In this document: piece after piece, positions 28,143-36,475 of the stretch
Layout: each line of letters begins with the position of its first letter
How positions within the stretch are numbered: the first letter of the stretch is position 1
Assembly: GCA_023229825.1 (NCBI GenBank)
Contig: JALNYN010000002.1
Coordinates: 17,789-81,788, forward strand
Source of the DNA: Minisyncoccota bacterium
GTDB taxonomy: Bacteria; Patescibacteriota; Minisyncoccia; Phycocordibacterales; CAIJYI01
DNA length: 64,000 nt
Direction: 5' to 3'
Made by a program: the position numbers and the translations under genes
The notes under the pieces: generated by a model
What the model saw: the letters and a program-made list of their open reading frames with translations, nothing else
Told to the model about the DNA's origin: nothing
Database searches by the model: none

Positions 28143-29114
28143 TTACAAATTCCTCAAGTCCATGTTTCCGAGCCATCCTACGATCGTTTGATAAAGAGTC
28201 GTTACTGCAGGAGCCATTGCTTCATCCAATTCGTCGGCCGAGTCAAGCTGAGTCAGCGATTCCTCGAGATAATTATCCATTGAGGCGGAAACGCTGCTTC
28301 CCGGGGTAATGGAAGTACATCCGATATAATGTCCGTAGACGCAGTCGGTTTTCACATCGCGATATCCTTGTCCTGCCTGAACTTCCGCCTGGGTGTGGGT
28401 GAGCGCTTCGTTTACTTGCCTGTTCAACTCGGCTGCCGTTCTTTCTTGTACGGAAAAAATGTCATTTTTTGGCGACTGCAGAGCGTTCCAGCAATCCCAG
28501 CCGTTTCCGGTCGGGCAGGCATTCCAATCATTCATAAAGGCTTCATATCCGGCGTCTCCCCCCGGAAAATCAACTCCCTCGGAAATATTTTGAGAAAAAG
28601 GCGTTGTTTTCTGTTCCAGAACATTTGCTCTCGCTTGACCTTTGACGAAATCAAGCATTCCGGTGGTATTGGCGTAATCATTCGCAAAGAAATAATCCGT
28701 CACTTCGCCGTTTATGGTGGTGTAGTAGCCCTGCGGATTATCAATAAAAGAGGAATTTCCAAAAAATCCTGTCTGTGCCATCGTTTTCATTCCCTCGAAT
28801 TGCACACTGATCAAAGCTTTTGCCGCGAACCACGCGATGGAATCCCAGCTGCATCCGGTTCCGAGCACTCCGCCCGCGCCTCCGAACGATCCGCCGCCGG
28901 TGAGTCCGCCGAGAATATTACCGGTGTTGCTGATAAGATTCGCAATGCACGAATCGAGATCCTTCTCTTCCACGAGAGGCGTTCTCATTTCCGCGATGGG
29001 GACGAGAACCTGAAGCGGGGTCTTTCCCTGCGCAAGCGCTCCATTCGCTGATGTTAGAAAAAGCGAACCGGCCAATGAAAAGATCAAACCAATGGCGATG
29101 TTTTTATTAAACAT
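28143..29114 (-). CDS. Secreted Gly-rich hypothetical protein immediately upstream of the VirB6-like gene (VirB5/TrbJ-like position)
   Basis: 323 aa; signal peptide MFNKNIAIGLIFSLAGSLFLTSANGALA; the functional analogy is positional only. Confidence 0.35.
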   Translation of the reverse strand: MFNKNIAIGLIFSLAGSLFLTSANGALAQGKTPLQVLVPIAEMRTPLVEEKDLDSCIANLISNTGNILGGLTGGGSFGGAGGVLGTGCSWDSIAWFAAKALISVQFEGMKTMAQTGFFGNSSFIDNPQGYYTTINGEVTDYFFANDYANTTGMLDFVKGQARANVLEQKTTPFSQNISEGVDFPGGDAGYEAFMNDWNACPTGNGWDCWNALQSPKNDIFSVQERTAAELNRQVNEALTHTQAEVQAGQGYRDVKTDCVYGHYIGCTSITPGSSVSASMDNYLEESLTQLDSADELDEAMAPAVTTLYQTIVGWLGNMDLRNL

Positions 29115-29152
29115 ACATTTTTAATTTATTTATATTTTTAGTTATAAAAAGA

Positions 29153-30154
29153 CTATTGTGCCGCCGGGAACGCGTTATAAAGGAGAGAAGCATTTTCTGT
29201 TGCGGTAAAGCTGATGCCGGAGTTGTCAAAATGGGTGGTTACGGAATCGAGAGTTATTTTCATTTTTGTCATGGTGCTTTTGTATTGCTGCATGCCGATG
29301 AGTCCGCGGGCCGGATCGGAAACCATGTATCCGATATTTTCGATCGCAATAACCGTGTCGGACAATTGATTGAGCAGGTTAAGATGGATGGGTGCCAGAT
29401 ACTCAGGAACTTTCAATTTTGAAACGGCGGAAATTTGATCTTTTCTTGCGCTTATCAATTTTGGCAATGTTTCAAAACTGGCGGAATCCCTTGTTTTTAG
29501 CGAAACCAATACCATGTACAATATTTTTTGCTGTTCATCGTTTTGATTGCCGAATTTTTTAAAAGTTACCCCGAGATCATTTCCGTATTGTTTCAATGAG
29601 GCTGACGTTTCCGTAACTGTGTTGATGTCTCTCAATTTAAACACAGCCGGAAGCTCCCCCGCTTTCTTATTGAAATCTTCCATTATGTTTTTAGCGACGG
29701 TCTTTGGAAAATCCGGATCATCCTGTGTGTCGCGGCCCGCAACGGTGAGCATTTCTCTCATCATCTTTTCCGTTAGGGTAAGATCTTCCAAAGAAGAGAT
29801 CGTCGGCGTCGTGGAGGAGTTTTTGATACTCGTATAGTTCATGTAATCATTCGGGCCTTTGACGAGAGGATCTCTTCCGAGCGATATCTCGACGCCATCG
29901 GGCGTACCGTCTGCGTCAGTGTCGGCCTTTTTTGAGTTCGTGCCCAGTTTTGATTCTTCCCAATCAAGCAAGCTATCGCCGTCCGAGTCGGTATTTGCGT
30001 TCGAAATGGCGAATTTTTCTATCTTTTCCAGCGCCAAACGATTCTTCTCCGCTCGGACATTTTTTCGCCATGCCGTGAACCCATAACCAACACCGGTGAT
30101 GACCGCGAGCGAGACAATAACGATAAAGAATCTTTTACTGGGAAGGTATTGCAT
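29153..30154 (-). CDS. Bitopic membrane protein with Asp-rich (Ca-binding-like) repeats
   Basis: 333 aa; TM FFIVIVSLAVITGVGYGF; TDSDGDSLLDWEESKLGTNSKKADTDADGTPDGVE resembles thrombospondin type-3/Ca-binding repeats. Confidence 0.4.
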   Translation of the reverse strand: MQYLPSKRFFIVIVSLAVITGVGYGFTAWRKNVRAEKNRLALEKIEKFAISNANTDSDGDSLLDWEESKLGTNSKKADTDADGTPDGVEISLGRDPLVKGPNDYMNYTSIKNSSTTPTISSLEDLTLTEKMMREMLTVAGRDTQDDPDFPKTVAKNIMEDFNKKAGELPAVFKLRDINTVTETSASLKQYGNDLGVTFKKFGNQNDEQQKILYMVLVSLKTRDSASFETLPKLISARKDQISAVSKLKVPEYLAPIHLNLLNQLSDTVIAIENIGYMVSDPARGLIGMQQYKSTMTKMKITLDSVTTHFDNSGISFTATENASLLYNAFPAAQ

Positions 30155-30302
30155 AAATATTTTTGTAAGGAAGTAAACTCCTCCTATGATAAATAGTATA
30201 TCAGTATTTTTATCTTATAAAAATTAAAAAAGTGGATAAATGATATTTTTTGTTCGCGTTCCATGATATTATATTGGTAACGTCATCGTTCTTTATCTGA
30301 CG

Positions 30303-31244
30303 ATGAAAAAACAATCAAATATGCACCATAAAAAAATAAAAATTTTAGCGTCGATCTCTCTATTTTTTGTTTTTGCCACTACCGTAGCGTTCAGTATTAA
30401 CAGCGCAAGGGCTACGTCTGAGACGACCGAATTTGCGACGCCTCCAGTGGATGATGCCGCCCTTCTGGAACAGCAAAAAGCGAAACTTTTATTTCTGGAA
30501 CAGACTCTGAAGGGTACGATGTCTGATGAGGCTTTATACGCCATTACCAGACCGACTCAAGTTTCGGGAACGGCGGCTGCGTCCACGGGAACGGGTTATG
30601 TTTTTTCAAAGAATTTGAAGCTCGGCGACACGGATGCCCAAGTTCTTGCTCTTCAAAAGGTTTTGAATCGAGATACGGCTACCGTGATCTCAACCACCGG
30701 TCCGGGTTCTTTAGGTAATGAAACCACCTATTTTGGCCTAAAAACAAAGACAGCGCTCATTAAATTCCAAAACAAGTACGCGAAAGAAGTACTTATTCCG
30801 AATGGGCTTACTGTCGGTACCGGCTATTTTGGCGTTTCCACCCGCACCTTATTAAATACTTTGAACGCAAAGACCGCCGGAACGACTCCGGCCGCGGTTG
30901 TAATGGAAAAATTAACAATAACGGCGCTGGAACCTACTCACGGAAAAGATGGCACCGTGGTGACCATTCGCGGCACGGGGATCACTAAAACCGCCAATAA
31001 GATCATTGCTGGGGGCGTTACGGTATATAATGCGACTTCCACTGACGGAAAAACACTGACTTTTACTATGAGATCGGGTGTAACTTTCCCTGTTGACTCA
31101 GGAATGTCCGAAGCGAGTACGACGTACATCAAAGAACATTTCAAGGAATTTGTTACTGATACTTTCCCTCCTCTCAAGTATCCCGTGTGTATTTCCAACG
31201 ATAATGGCATGAGTAATTGCGCGTTTTTTACCATCGATCTCTAA
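30303..31244 (+). CDS. Secreted protein with peptidoglycan-binding (PG_binding_1-like) and IPT/TIG-like domains
   Basis: LKLGDTDAQVLALQKVLNRD...GYFGLKTKTALIKFQNKYA is a PG-binding motif; LTITALEPTHGKDGTVVTIRGTGI is IPT-like. Signal peptide after MHHKKIKILASISLFFVFATTVAFS. Confidence 0.55.
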   Translation: MKKQSNMHHKKIKILASISLFFVFATTVAFSINSARATSETTEFATPPVDDAALLEQQKAKLLFLEQTLKGTMSDEALYAITRPTQVSGTAAASTGTGYVFSKNLKLGDTDAQVLALQKVLNRDTATVISTTGPGSLGNETTYFGLKTKTALIKFQNKYAKEVLIPNGLTVGTGYFGVSTRTLLNTLNAKTAGTTPAAVVMEKLTITALEPTHGKDGTVVTIRGTGITKTANKIIAGGVTVYNATSTDGKTLTFTMRSGVTFPVDSGMSEASTTYIKEHFKEFVTDTFPPLKYPVCISNDNGMSNCAFFTIDL

Positions 31245-31258
31245 AAAGATAAAAATAT

Positions 31259-31735
31259 ATGTTTCAAAAAATAAAAAAAGTAATGCGGTCGAAGGTGTTT
31301 CTCCTTTCATTTTCTCTTATATTGAGCGCATCAATGATAGCCGGAGCGTTCGTGTATAAAACAAGGATCGTAAACGCGACCATCGGTTCGAATGGCATGC
31401 TTATTTTTGGAGGAAGAATACAAATGATGCAACTTTGCTGTAATGGCTTGAGACTTCAAATTGGTCCTCCTGTCGAAGCGGATGTTATATTTACTTGGCC
31501 TATTTCACAGCTCTATATGTGGTGGAATCTCACGATGGGACAATGCGTGCTCGGTGACGCATACCCGTTCGGCGTATGCGTCAGTCCGTTTTCGTGGCCT
31601 CCTTGTACGCGATCTGAAACAGTTGACGGAACCATACGACAGGTGGGGACGACGCTGACCGGTCCGCTCTCCGGCACCTGCCAACGAAGCGGCGGTTTGG
31701 TTGAAGGCGGAGGGTATAGTGGCACCAGTTTTTAA
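31259..31735 (+). CDS. Small secreted Cys-rich hypothetical protein
   Basis: 158 aa; signal peptide; 9 Cys. Confidence 0.4.
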   Translation: MFQKIKKVMRSKVFLLSFSLILSASMIAGAFVYKTRIVNATIGSNGMLIFGGRIQMMQLCCNGLRLQIGPPVEADVIFTWPISQLYMWWNLTMGQCVLGDAYPFGVCVSPFSWPPCTRSETVDGTIRQVGTTLTGPLSGTCQRSGGLVEGGGYSGTSF

Positions 31736-32607
31736 TCAGAAAGCTTTTTCCAGTCCGATAAAGAAAGATCTTCCGCTCTCACTGTTTCACTAATTCCGCT
31801 CTCTTTCATTTTGTTTCGTAAAATATTTTCATCGAAAACAGCTCTCAGGTTTGAAAAGAGCTGTTTTCTTTTGTGCGCAAAGCCCGCATGAAGTATTTCA
31901 AAAAATCGTTCTTCTTGTGATAGGGTCGTTTCTTGCCGGACGCGGGTCTCCGACCCCGTCCGGAACGTTTCGGACGGGGTCGGAGACCCGCGTCCGGCGT
32001 CGAAAAATTTTCTTGAAATGTTATCTATCAGAAGGATCGCCGAATCAACCGAAGGTGCAGGCGTAAAACTTCCCGCTTTGACCGTTTTTATATATTTCGG
32101 CTCGCCGTATGCTTTAACGCTGAGGGAAAGCAAACTTTCCTTACCATCTCGCGCGACGATGCGCTCGGCGACCTCCTTTTGAACAAGCAGAACCATTTTT
32201 GAAGGTTGTTTTTCTGATGTGAGGAATTTTCGAATGATCTGCCCGGTAATGTAATACGGAATATTGGCAACCAATTTATATTGTCCGTCGTTGTTTTTAC
32301 CGCCGGACTGGGGTTGCACCCCTGTCCGCAATGTTTGGAAATTAAGGACATCATCATGTATTAAAGTAAGGCGTTTTTCAAAAATTTCTTTGGCGAATTT
32401 TTCTTGCAGGAGCGGTATCAGGTCACCATCTTTCTCGACAGCAATAACTCTCACATTCCTTTTTAAGAGTTCTTCTGTGAGTATTCCCCTCCCCGGTCCG
32501 ATCTCAAGCACGGTTTCTCCAGCAACAAGAGAAGCGGCATCGACGATTGACGCGACAATGCCAGTATTAGTTAAAAAATTCTGTCCAAGAGATTTTTTAG
32601 GTATCAT
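31732..32607 (-). CDS. ksgA: 16S rRNA (adenine1518-N6/adenine1519-N6)-dimethyltransferase KsgA/RsmA, carrying two in-frame palindromic-element insertions
   Basis: SLGQNFL, VLEIGPGRGILTEEL, VANIPYYIT motifs. Inserted segments are TLRTGVQPQSGGKNNDG (DNA 32301-32338, a REP family-A copy) and DAGRGSPTPSETFRTGSETRVRQE (DNA 31936-31998, a 63-bp near-perfect palindrome). Confidence 0.85.
   Translation of the reverse strand: MIPKKSLGQNFLTNTGIVASIVDAASLVAGETVLEIGPGRGILTEELLKRNVRVIAVEKDGDLIPLLQEKFAKEIFEKRLTLIHDDVLNFQTLRTGVQPQSGGKNNDGQYKLVANIPYYITGQIIRKFLTSEKQPSKMVLLVQKEVAERIVARDGKESLLSLSVKAYGEPKYIKTVKAGSFTPAPSVDSAILLIDNISRKFFDAGRGSPTPSETFRTGSETRVRQETTLSQEERFFEILHAGFAHKRKQLFSNLRAVFDENILRNKMKESGISETVRAEDLSLSDWKKLSD
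31936..31998. repeat. 63-bp near-perfect palindrome inside ksgA (gccggacgcgggtctccgaccccgtccggaacg / cgtttcggacggggtcggagacccgcgtccggc)
   Basis: 31-bp arms with one mismatch; translated in-frame within KsgA. Confidence 0.9.
32301..32338. repeat. REP-like palindromic element (family A) inserted in-frame in ksgA
   Basis: cgccggactggggttgcacccctgtccgcaatgtttgg versus the RAYT-flanking cgccggttcggggttgtaccccgaaccgaaacgttgg. Confidence 0.85.
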
Positions 32608-32636
32608 AAAATTTTTGCTTATTATTTTTTAACACC

Positions 32637-32675
32637 GTCGCCGGTTCGGGGTTGTACCCCGAACCGAAACGTTGG
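32637..32675 (+). repeat. REP element (family A), left flank of the RAYT gene
   Basis: gtcgccggttcggggttgtaccccgaaccgaaacgttgg; 10-bp stem cggttcgggg/ccccgaaccg. Confidence 0.9.
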
Positions 32676-32691
32676 AATCTTTCGCATGTCA

Positions 32692-33195
32692 TCATTCATT
32701 CACATTATCTGTTTTCAACTCGCATTTTTCGTTTGCCGACGACCAATACCAAAAGGATGAATCCGAAACATAGTTTTTTCGAACAGGATTTTCTAAAATA
32801 TAATTCAATTTTTGCTGAAAAAATTTTTCGCTTTGAAGAATGATAGGCATATTGGTATCTTGCCAAATGGAATAGGTTTCGTCGGTTTCAACGAATAATT
32901 TTTCAATATTCGGTTCAGTTGCAACTATATTTTTATGTATTTCGCGGGATGTATGCCTTTTAAAATCCCTGACAAATCCGGAGGTATCGCAAGATTCTGT
33001 AATAAGATGAATATGGTTAAGCATAAATACAAAACCGTATAGTTTGAGACCCTTCTTCTTTTGGCAAAAACGGAGAGATTCTGCAATAATATTCCAGCGA
33101 TTATGCCGGTCAAAAAGGTAATACCATTTCTTAATGGTAAAAGTGAGAAAGTATGTGGAAGAATTTAATTCTTTTGATATTTTTTTGATCGGCAT
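32692..33195 (-). CDS. IS200/IS605-family HUH tyrosine transposase, REP-associated (RAYT-like)
   Basis: 167 aa; HUH motif FVFMLNHIHLIT; C-terminal IWQDTNMPIILQSEKFFQQKLNYILENPVRKNYV carries the catalytic Tyr and NP. Flanked by identical REP palindromes in inverted orientation (32637-32675 and 33231-33270). Confidence 0.85.
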   Translation of the reverse strand: MPIKKISKELNSSTYFLTFTIKKWYYLFDRHNRWNIIAESLRFCQKKKGLKLYGFVFMLNHIHLITESCDTSGFVRDFKRHTSREIHKNIVATEPNIEKLFVETDETYSIWQDTNMPIILQSEKFFQQKLNYILENPVRKNYVSDSSFWYWSSANEKCELKTDNVNE

Positions 33196-33230
33196 TAATG
33201 ATTACTATAAAGAAATTTTTAATCAAATAC

Positions 33231-33270
33231 AAACGTTTCGGTTCGGGGTACAACCCCGAACCGGCGAAAG
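33231..33270 (-). repeat. REP element (family A), right flank of the RAYT gene, inverted relative to the left copy
   Basis: Reverse complement reads ctttcgccggttcggggttgtaccccgaaccgaaacgttt, identical core to 32637-32675. Confidence 0.9.
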
Positions 33271-33334
33271 AGGATCTTGCGGCAATTTTAAATTTTACAT
33301 TGTCGTTTTTAGTTTTTCATTTTTCCTTTTTACT

Positions 33335-36300
33335 TTAAATATACACCACCCTTCCTCTCGTTTCACCTTTCCTTTCCTCTATTTCCACCAGCTCCTCCGG
33401 TATATCATTCAAAAATTCCGATGGTACTGTCATGTTTCTTGAGCCAAAAACGGTTCGTACTGAGGCGTAGGTTAAAAACAGTCTTTGTTTTGCTCGCGTG
33501 ATGGCGACATAAAAAAGCCGCCTCTCTTCTTCTTTGTGGTTCTGTGAATCGCCAGATTCTCCGAAACTTCGATGCGGGAAAAGTCCGTCTTCGAGTCCGG
33601 TAATGAAAACCGTTTCAAATTCCAATCCTTTTGACGCGTGCACGGTCATGAGACGGACGCGCGGTGTATCGATCTTTCCGTGCATGAGCGAATCTTGATC
33701 GCTTGCCAGAGCGGCATCTTCGAGGAGTTTCTGTATTCCCTCTTCCGGCGGATAGGCATCGTATTTTGAAGCCAGAGAAACTAATTCGTAGAGGTTCTCT
33801 ATCCTTTCTTGCTCCTCTTCTCCTCCGAGCGATAACCCCTTTTCCATCCCCGTTTCTTTGAGAATATATTTTACCGTATCGCTCGGTTTTTTTTCGGCGG
33901 CGATAACCCGTATTTTTTCAAGAAGCGCGAAAAAGTCAGAAACTTTTGTTTTTGCCGCCGCTGGGAGCATATCTCTTTGTCCGGCAAGGATCTTTTTCAG
34001 GGTGACTTCCCCGAGGCCTCTTGCTGGAACGTTTATGATGCGTTTCAGATCGAAAGCGCTTTCGGGATTGAATGCGGCGCGAAGATACGCAAGAACATCT
34101 TTCACCTCTTTTCTCTCAAAGAATTTTGTCCCGAGTACCTGATACGGAATGTCGGCGGACAGCATTGCCTCTTCGAGAGCGCGAGATTGATAATTGGCGC
34201 GAAAGAGCACGGCTATATTTTGGTAAGAAACTCCTTTTCTCACAAGTTCTCGCACTTTTTCGGCCACGAAAGAAGCCTCGTCATTTTCGTCGTACGCTTC
34301 ATAAAGCGATATTTGTTCTCCTCCCGGAATTTTGGTAAAGAGATTTTTTGGCACCCTCAGCTTATTTTTTTGAATGACGCTATTTGCCGCCGAAAGGATA
34401 TTCTGTGTGGAGCGGTAATTTTCTTCAAGAAGAACGATCTTCGATCCGGGGTAATCTTTTTCAAAATGAATAATGTTTCTAATGTTAGCGCCTCGCCACG
34501 AATACACGCAATTATGTACCGGTATGGAGTTAACAATATAGTTATGAGTTTTGGCAATATCAAGGTCATAGACCAATCCTTCATATTTTACCCGCTCTAT
34601 CTTTTGAATTTCATCAGTAATTATTTTTCCATTTTGAATGAGCGCAGTTTCCATTTTTTCCCGAAGGCTTGCCGCCGGAAAAAAATTAAATCTCCCTTTT
34701 TCCGTAAGGAGTGCGGTACGATTCAGGATAAGTTTGGGATTGATCGCAAGTATTTTTTGCGCGATATTTTCAGCTTCGCCATAATCCAACTTTGCGATTT
34801 CCAACCGCCAGTCGTCCCTTTTTCCTTTTCTTGTTTTAAAACCCGCCAATTCGAGTTTCTCTTTCAGTTTTTTGTCGGTTGTGTTGATGGAAACGCGGCT
34901 TAACCCGAATGGGTGCAAAACGCTTTTTCTTTTGTCACTGAACATGGTGAGTCGGACGTTGAGTCGATTGTTTTCCGTGTTCCCTTGCGTTGTTCCTTGC
35001 GGGGTGTAGTGTGGAAAATCAAATGAAAGTCCTGTTTCTTCAAAAAGTCGTTTCGCGTTTTTTTCCGTATCTATCATTCCAAATAAATCGTCAATCTGCT
35101 TTTGAGCAAGGGAGAGTTTTCTGCCGATCGTATGGAACACTATCGTTGGAATTCCGTAGAAAAAAGAATAATAGTTTTCCCATAAAATCGCCTCCGGTTT
35201 TGTTTCGCATACTCTTATTACCCACATCCGATCCGCTTTTTCTTGATTGCTTCGCACCAAAAAACCGACCTTTACATCCCCGTTCCCGTTTCCCGGGACT
35301 CGTGCGCTTTTTACCATGCCAACCCGAAATCCTTTCGTTCTTTTGTACATGAGATACACATAATATACGTTGTGTTGAAGTGAAAAACGGGAAAAGAAAA
35401 TATGCTCGGGCGTCGTTTTTATTATTCTCCCGCTTTTTGTTGTGATTTTTATCATATCCCCGTCATATTTTTTCTCTATGACTCGCGTAACTTTTGAGAG
35501 GCAAACATCTCCGTTTCCGGCGGCGCTTTTTACTTCGTCGCCCGTCTTGATATCTTCTATTTTTTTCTCGCCATTTTTGACGGATACTCGCGTATTTTTC
35601 GGAAAACACTGGTCCCCATCGCCGACGACGCAGATGTTTCGGTCTTTTCCGGCGAGCAGTCTTGAAAGTTCGTATTGAACGGTATTCGTGTCTTGATATT
35701 CATCAATGTGCACATAGCGCCACATTTCTTGGTATTTTTCACGGATAGCCTCGTTTTCGCGCAGGAGAAGCAGAGTTTTTAGGAGAAGATCATCAAAATC
35801 GAAAGCCGATGCTTTTTTTGTTCTTTTTTCGTAATCAAGCCACACTTCGGCGACGATGCGCGGGAAAAAAGCGGTGTTGGAATTCGCGTAAAAGGTCTCT
35901 GCTGAAACACACTCTCCTTTTTGCCGCGAAATAATACTTTGTATCTTTTTCGGATCGAATTGCTTCGGATCGAGATTCCTTGCTTTTATGGCATCTTTGA
36001 TAAGCGAACGAGAATCGTTTTGATCTAAGATCGTAAAGTGCTTCGGAAGGCCGAGCGCTTCGTTCTCTTTTCGAAGGATATATACTCCAAGCGAATGAAA
36101 GGTCCCGATAAACGGTTCGTTGCCGTATCCGATGATATTTTCTTTTTGAAGGAGCGTGTTTATCCTTCCCCTCATCTCTTGCGCAGCTTTATTGGTGAAT
36201 GTTACGGCGAGTATTTGATGCGCGGGAACACCGCTTTGTATGAGCTGAATGATCCTGTGCGTCAAAGTTTTTGTTTTTCCGGCCCCCGCTCCGGCAACGA

Positions 36301-36373
36301 TCAAAAGAGGGCCGTTTTTGTGAAGAACGGCCTCTTTTTGCGGTTCATTTAATCCTTCTGTGTAGTCATGCAT
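33335..36373 (-). CDS. ATP-dependent DNA helicase UvrD/PcrA family, interrupted by an in-frame intein
   Basis: Motif I AGAGAGKTKTL, motif II DEYQDT, motif III region VVGDGDQ|CFPKN...(366 aa)...IPVHN|CVYSWRGANI, motif IV/V and a C-terminal UvrD_C region. Total 1012 aa versus the typical ~650-750. Confidence 0.9.
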   Translation of the reverse strand: MHDYTEGLNEPQKEAVLHKNGPLLIVAGAGAGKTKTLTHRIIQLIQSGVPAHQILAVTFTNKAAQEMRGRINTLLQKENIIGYGNEPFIGTFHSLGVYILRKENEALGLPKHFTILDQNDSRSLIKDAIKARNLDPKQFDPKKIQSIISRQKGECVSAETFYANSNTAFFPRIVAEVWLDYEKRTKKASAFDFDDLLLKTLLLLRENEAIREKYQEMWRYVHIDEYQDTNTVQYELSRLLAGKDRNICVVGDGDQCFPKNTRVSVKNGEKKIEDIKTGDEVKSAAGNGDVCLSKVTRVIEKKYDGDMIKITTKSGRIIKTTPEHIFFSRFSLQHNVYYVYLMYKRTKGFRVGMVKSARVPGNGNGDVKVGFLVRSNQEKADRMWVIRVCETKPEAILWENYYSFFYGIPTIVFHTIGRKLSLAQKQIDDLFGMIDTEKNAKRLFEETGLSFDFPHYTPQGTTQGNTENNRLNVRLTMFSDKRKSVLHPFGLSRVSINTTDKKLKEKLELAGFKTRKGKRDDWRLEIAKLDYGEAENIAQKILAINPKLILNRTALLTEKGRFNFFPAASLREKMETALIQNGKIITDEIQKIERVKYEGLVYDLDIAKTHNYIVNSIPVHNCVYSWRGANIRNIIHFEKDYPGSKIVLLEENYRSTQNILSAANSVIQKNKLRVPKNLFTKIPGGEQISLYEAYDENDEASFVAEKVRELVRKGVSYQNIAVLFRANYQSRALEEAMLSADIPYQVLGTKFFERKEVKDVLAYLRAAFNPESAFDLKRIINVPARGLGEVTLKKILAGQRDMLPAAAKTKVSDFFALLEKIRVIAAEKKPSDTVKYILKETGMEKGLSLGGEEEQERIENLYELVSLASKYDAYPPEEGIQKLLEDAALASDQDSLMHGKIDTPRVRLMTVHASKGLEFETVFITGLEDGLFPHRSFGESGDSQNHKEEERRLFYVAITRAKQRLFLTYASVRTVFGSRNMTVPSEFLNDIPEELVEIEERKGETRGRVVYI
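34511..35608 (-). mobile_element. Intein (366 aa) inserted in helicase motif III of the UvrD/PcrA gene
   Basis: N-terminal Cys (codon 35606-35608), block B TPEH, C-terminal VHN followed by +1 Cys (codon 34508-34510). Interior long enough for an endonuclease domain (KLELAGFKTRKGKRDD is LAGLIDADG-like but degenerate). Confidence 0.8.
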
Positions 36374-36475
36374 GGGAGTATGATAGCATACTTACGATTA
36401 AAGATTAAAGATTATCGATTACCGATCACATATAAAAAATGATCCGCCTTCTGCGGATCGTTTTTTCTGGTCTCG

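Noticed and set aside
25640-30154. Calling the genes upstream of virB6 as specific VirB5/VirB8/VirB10 homologs
   Set aside because: Only topology and position support this and no family motifs were recognisable, so they are left as hypothetical with positional notes.
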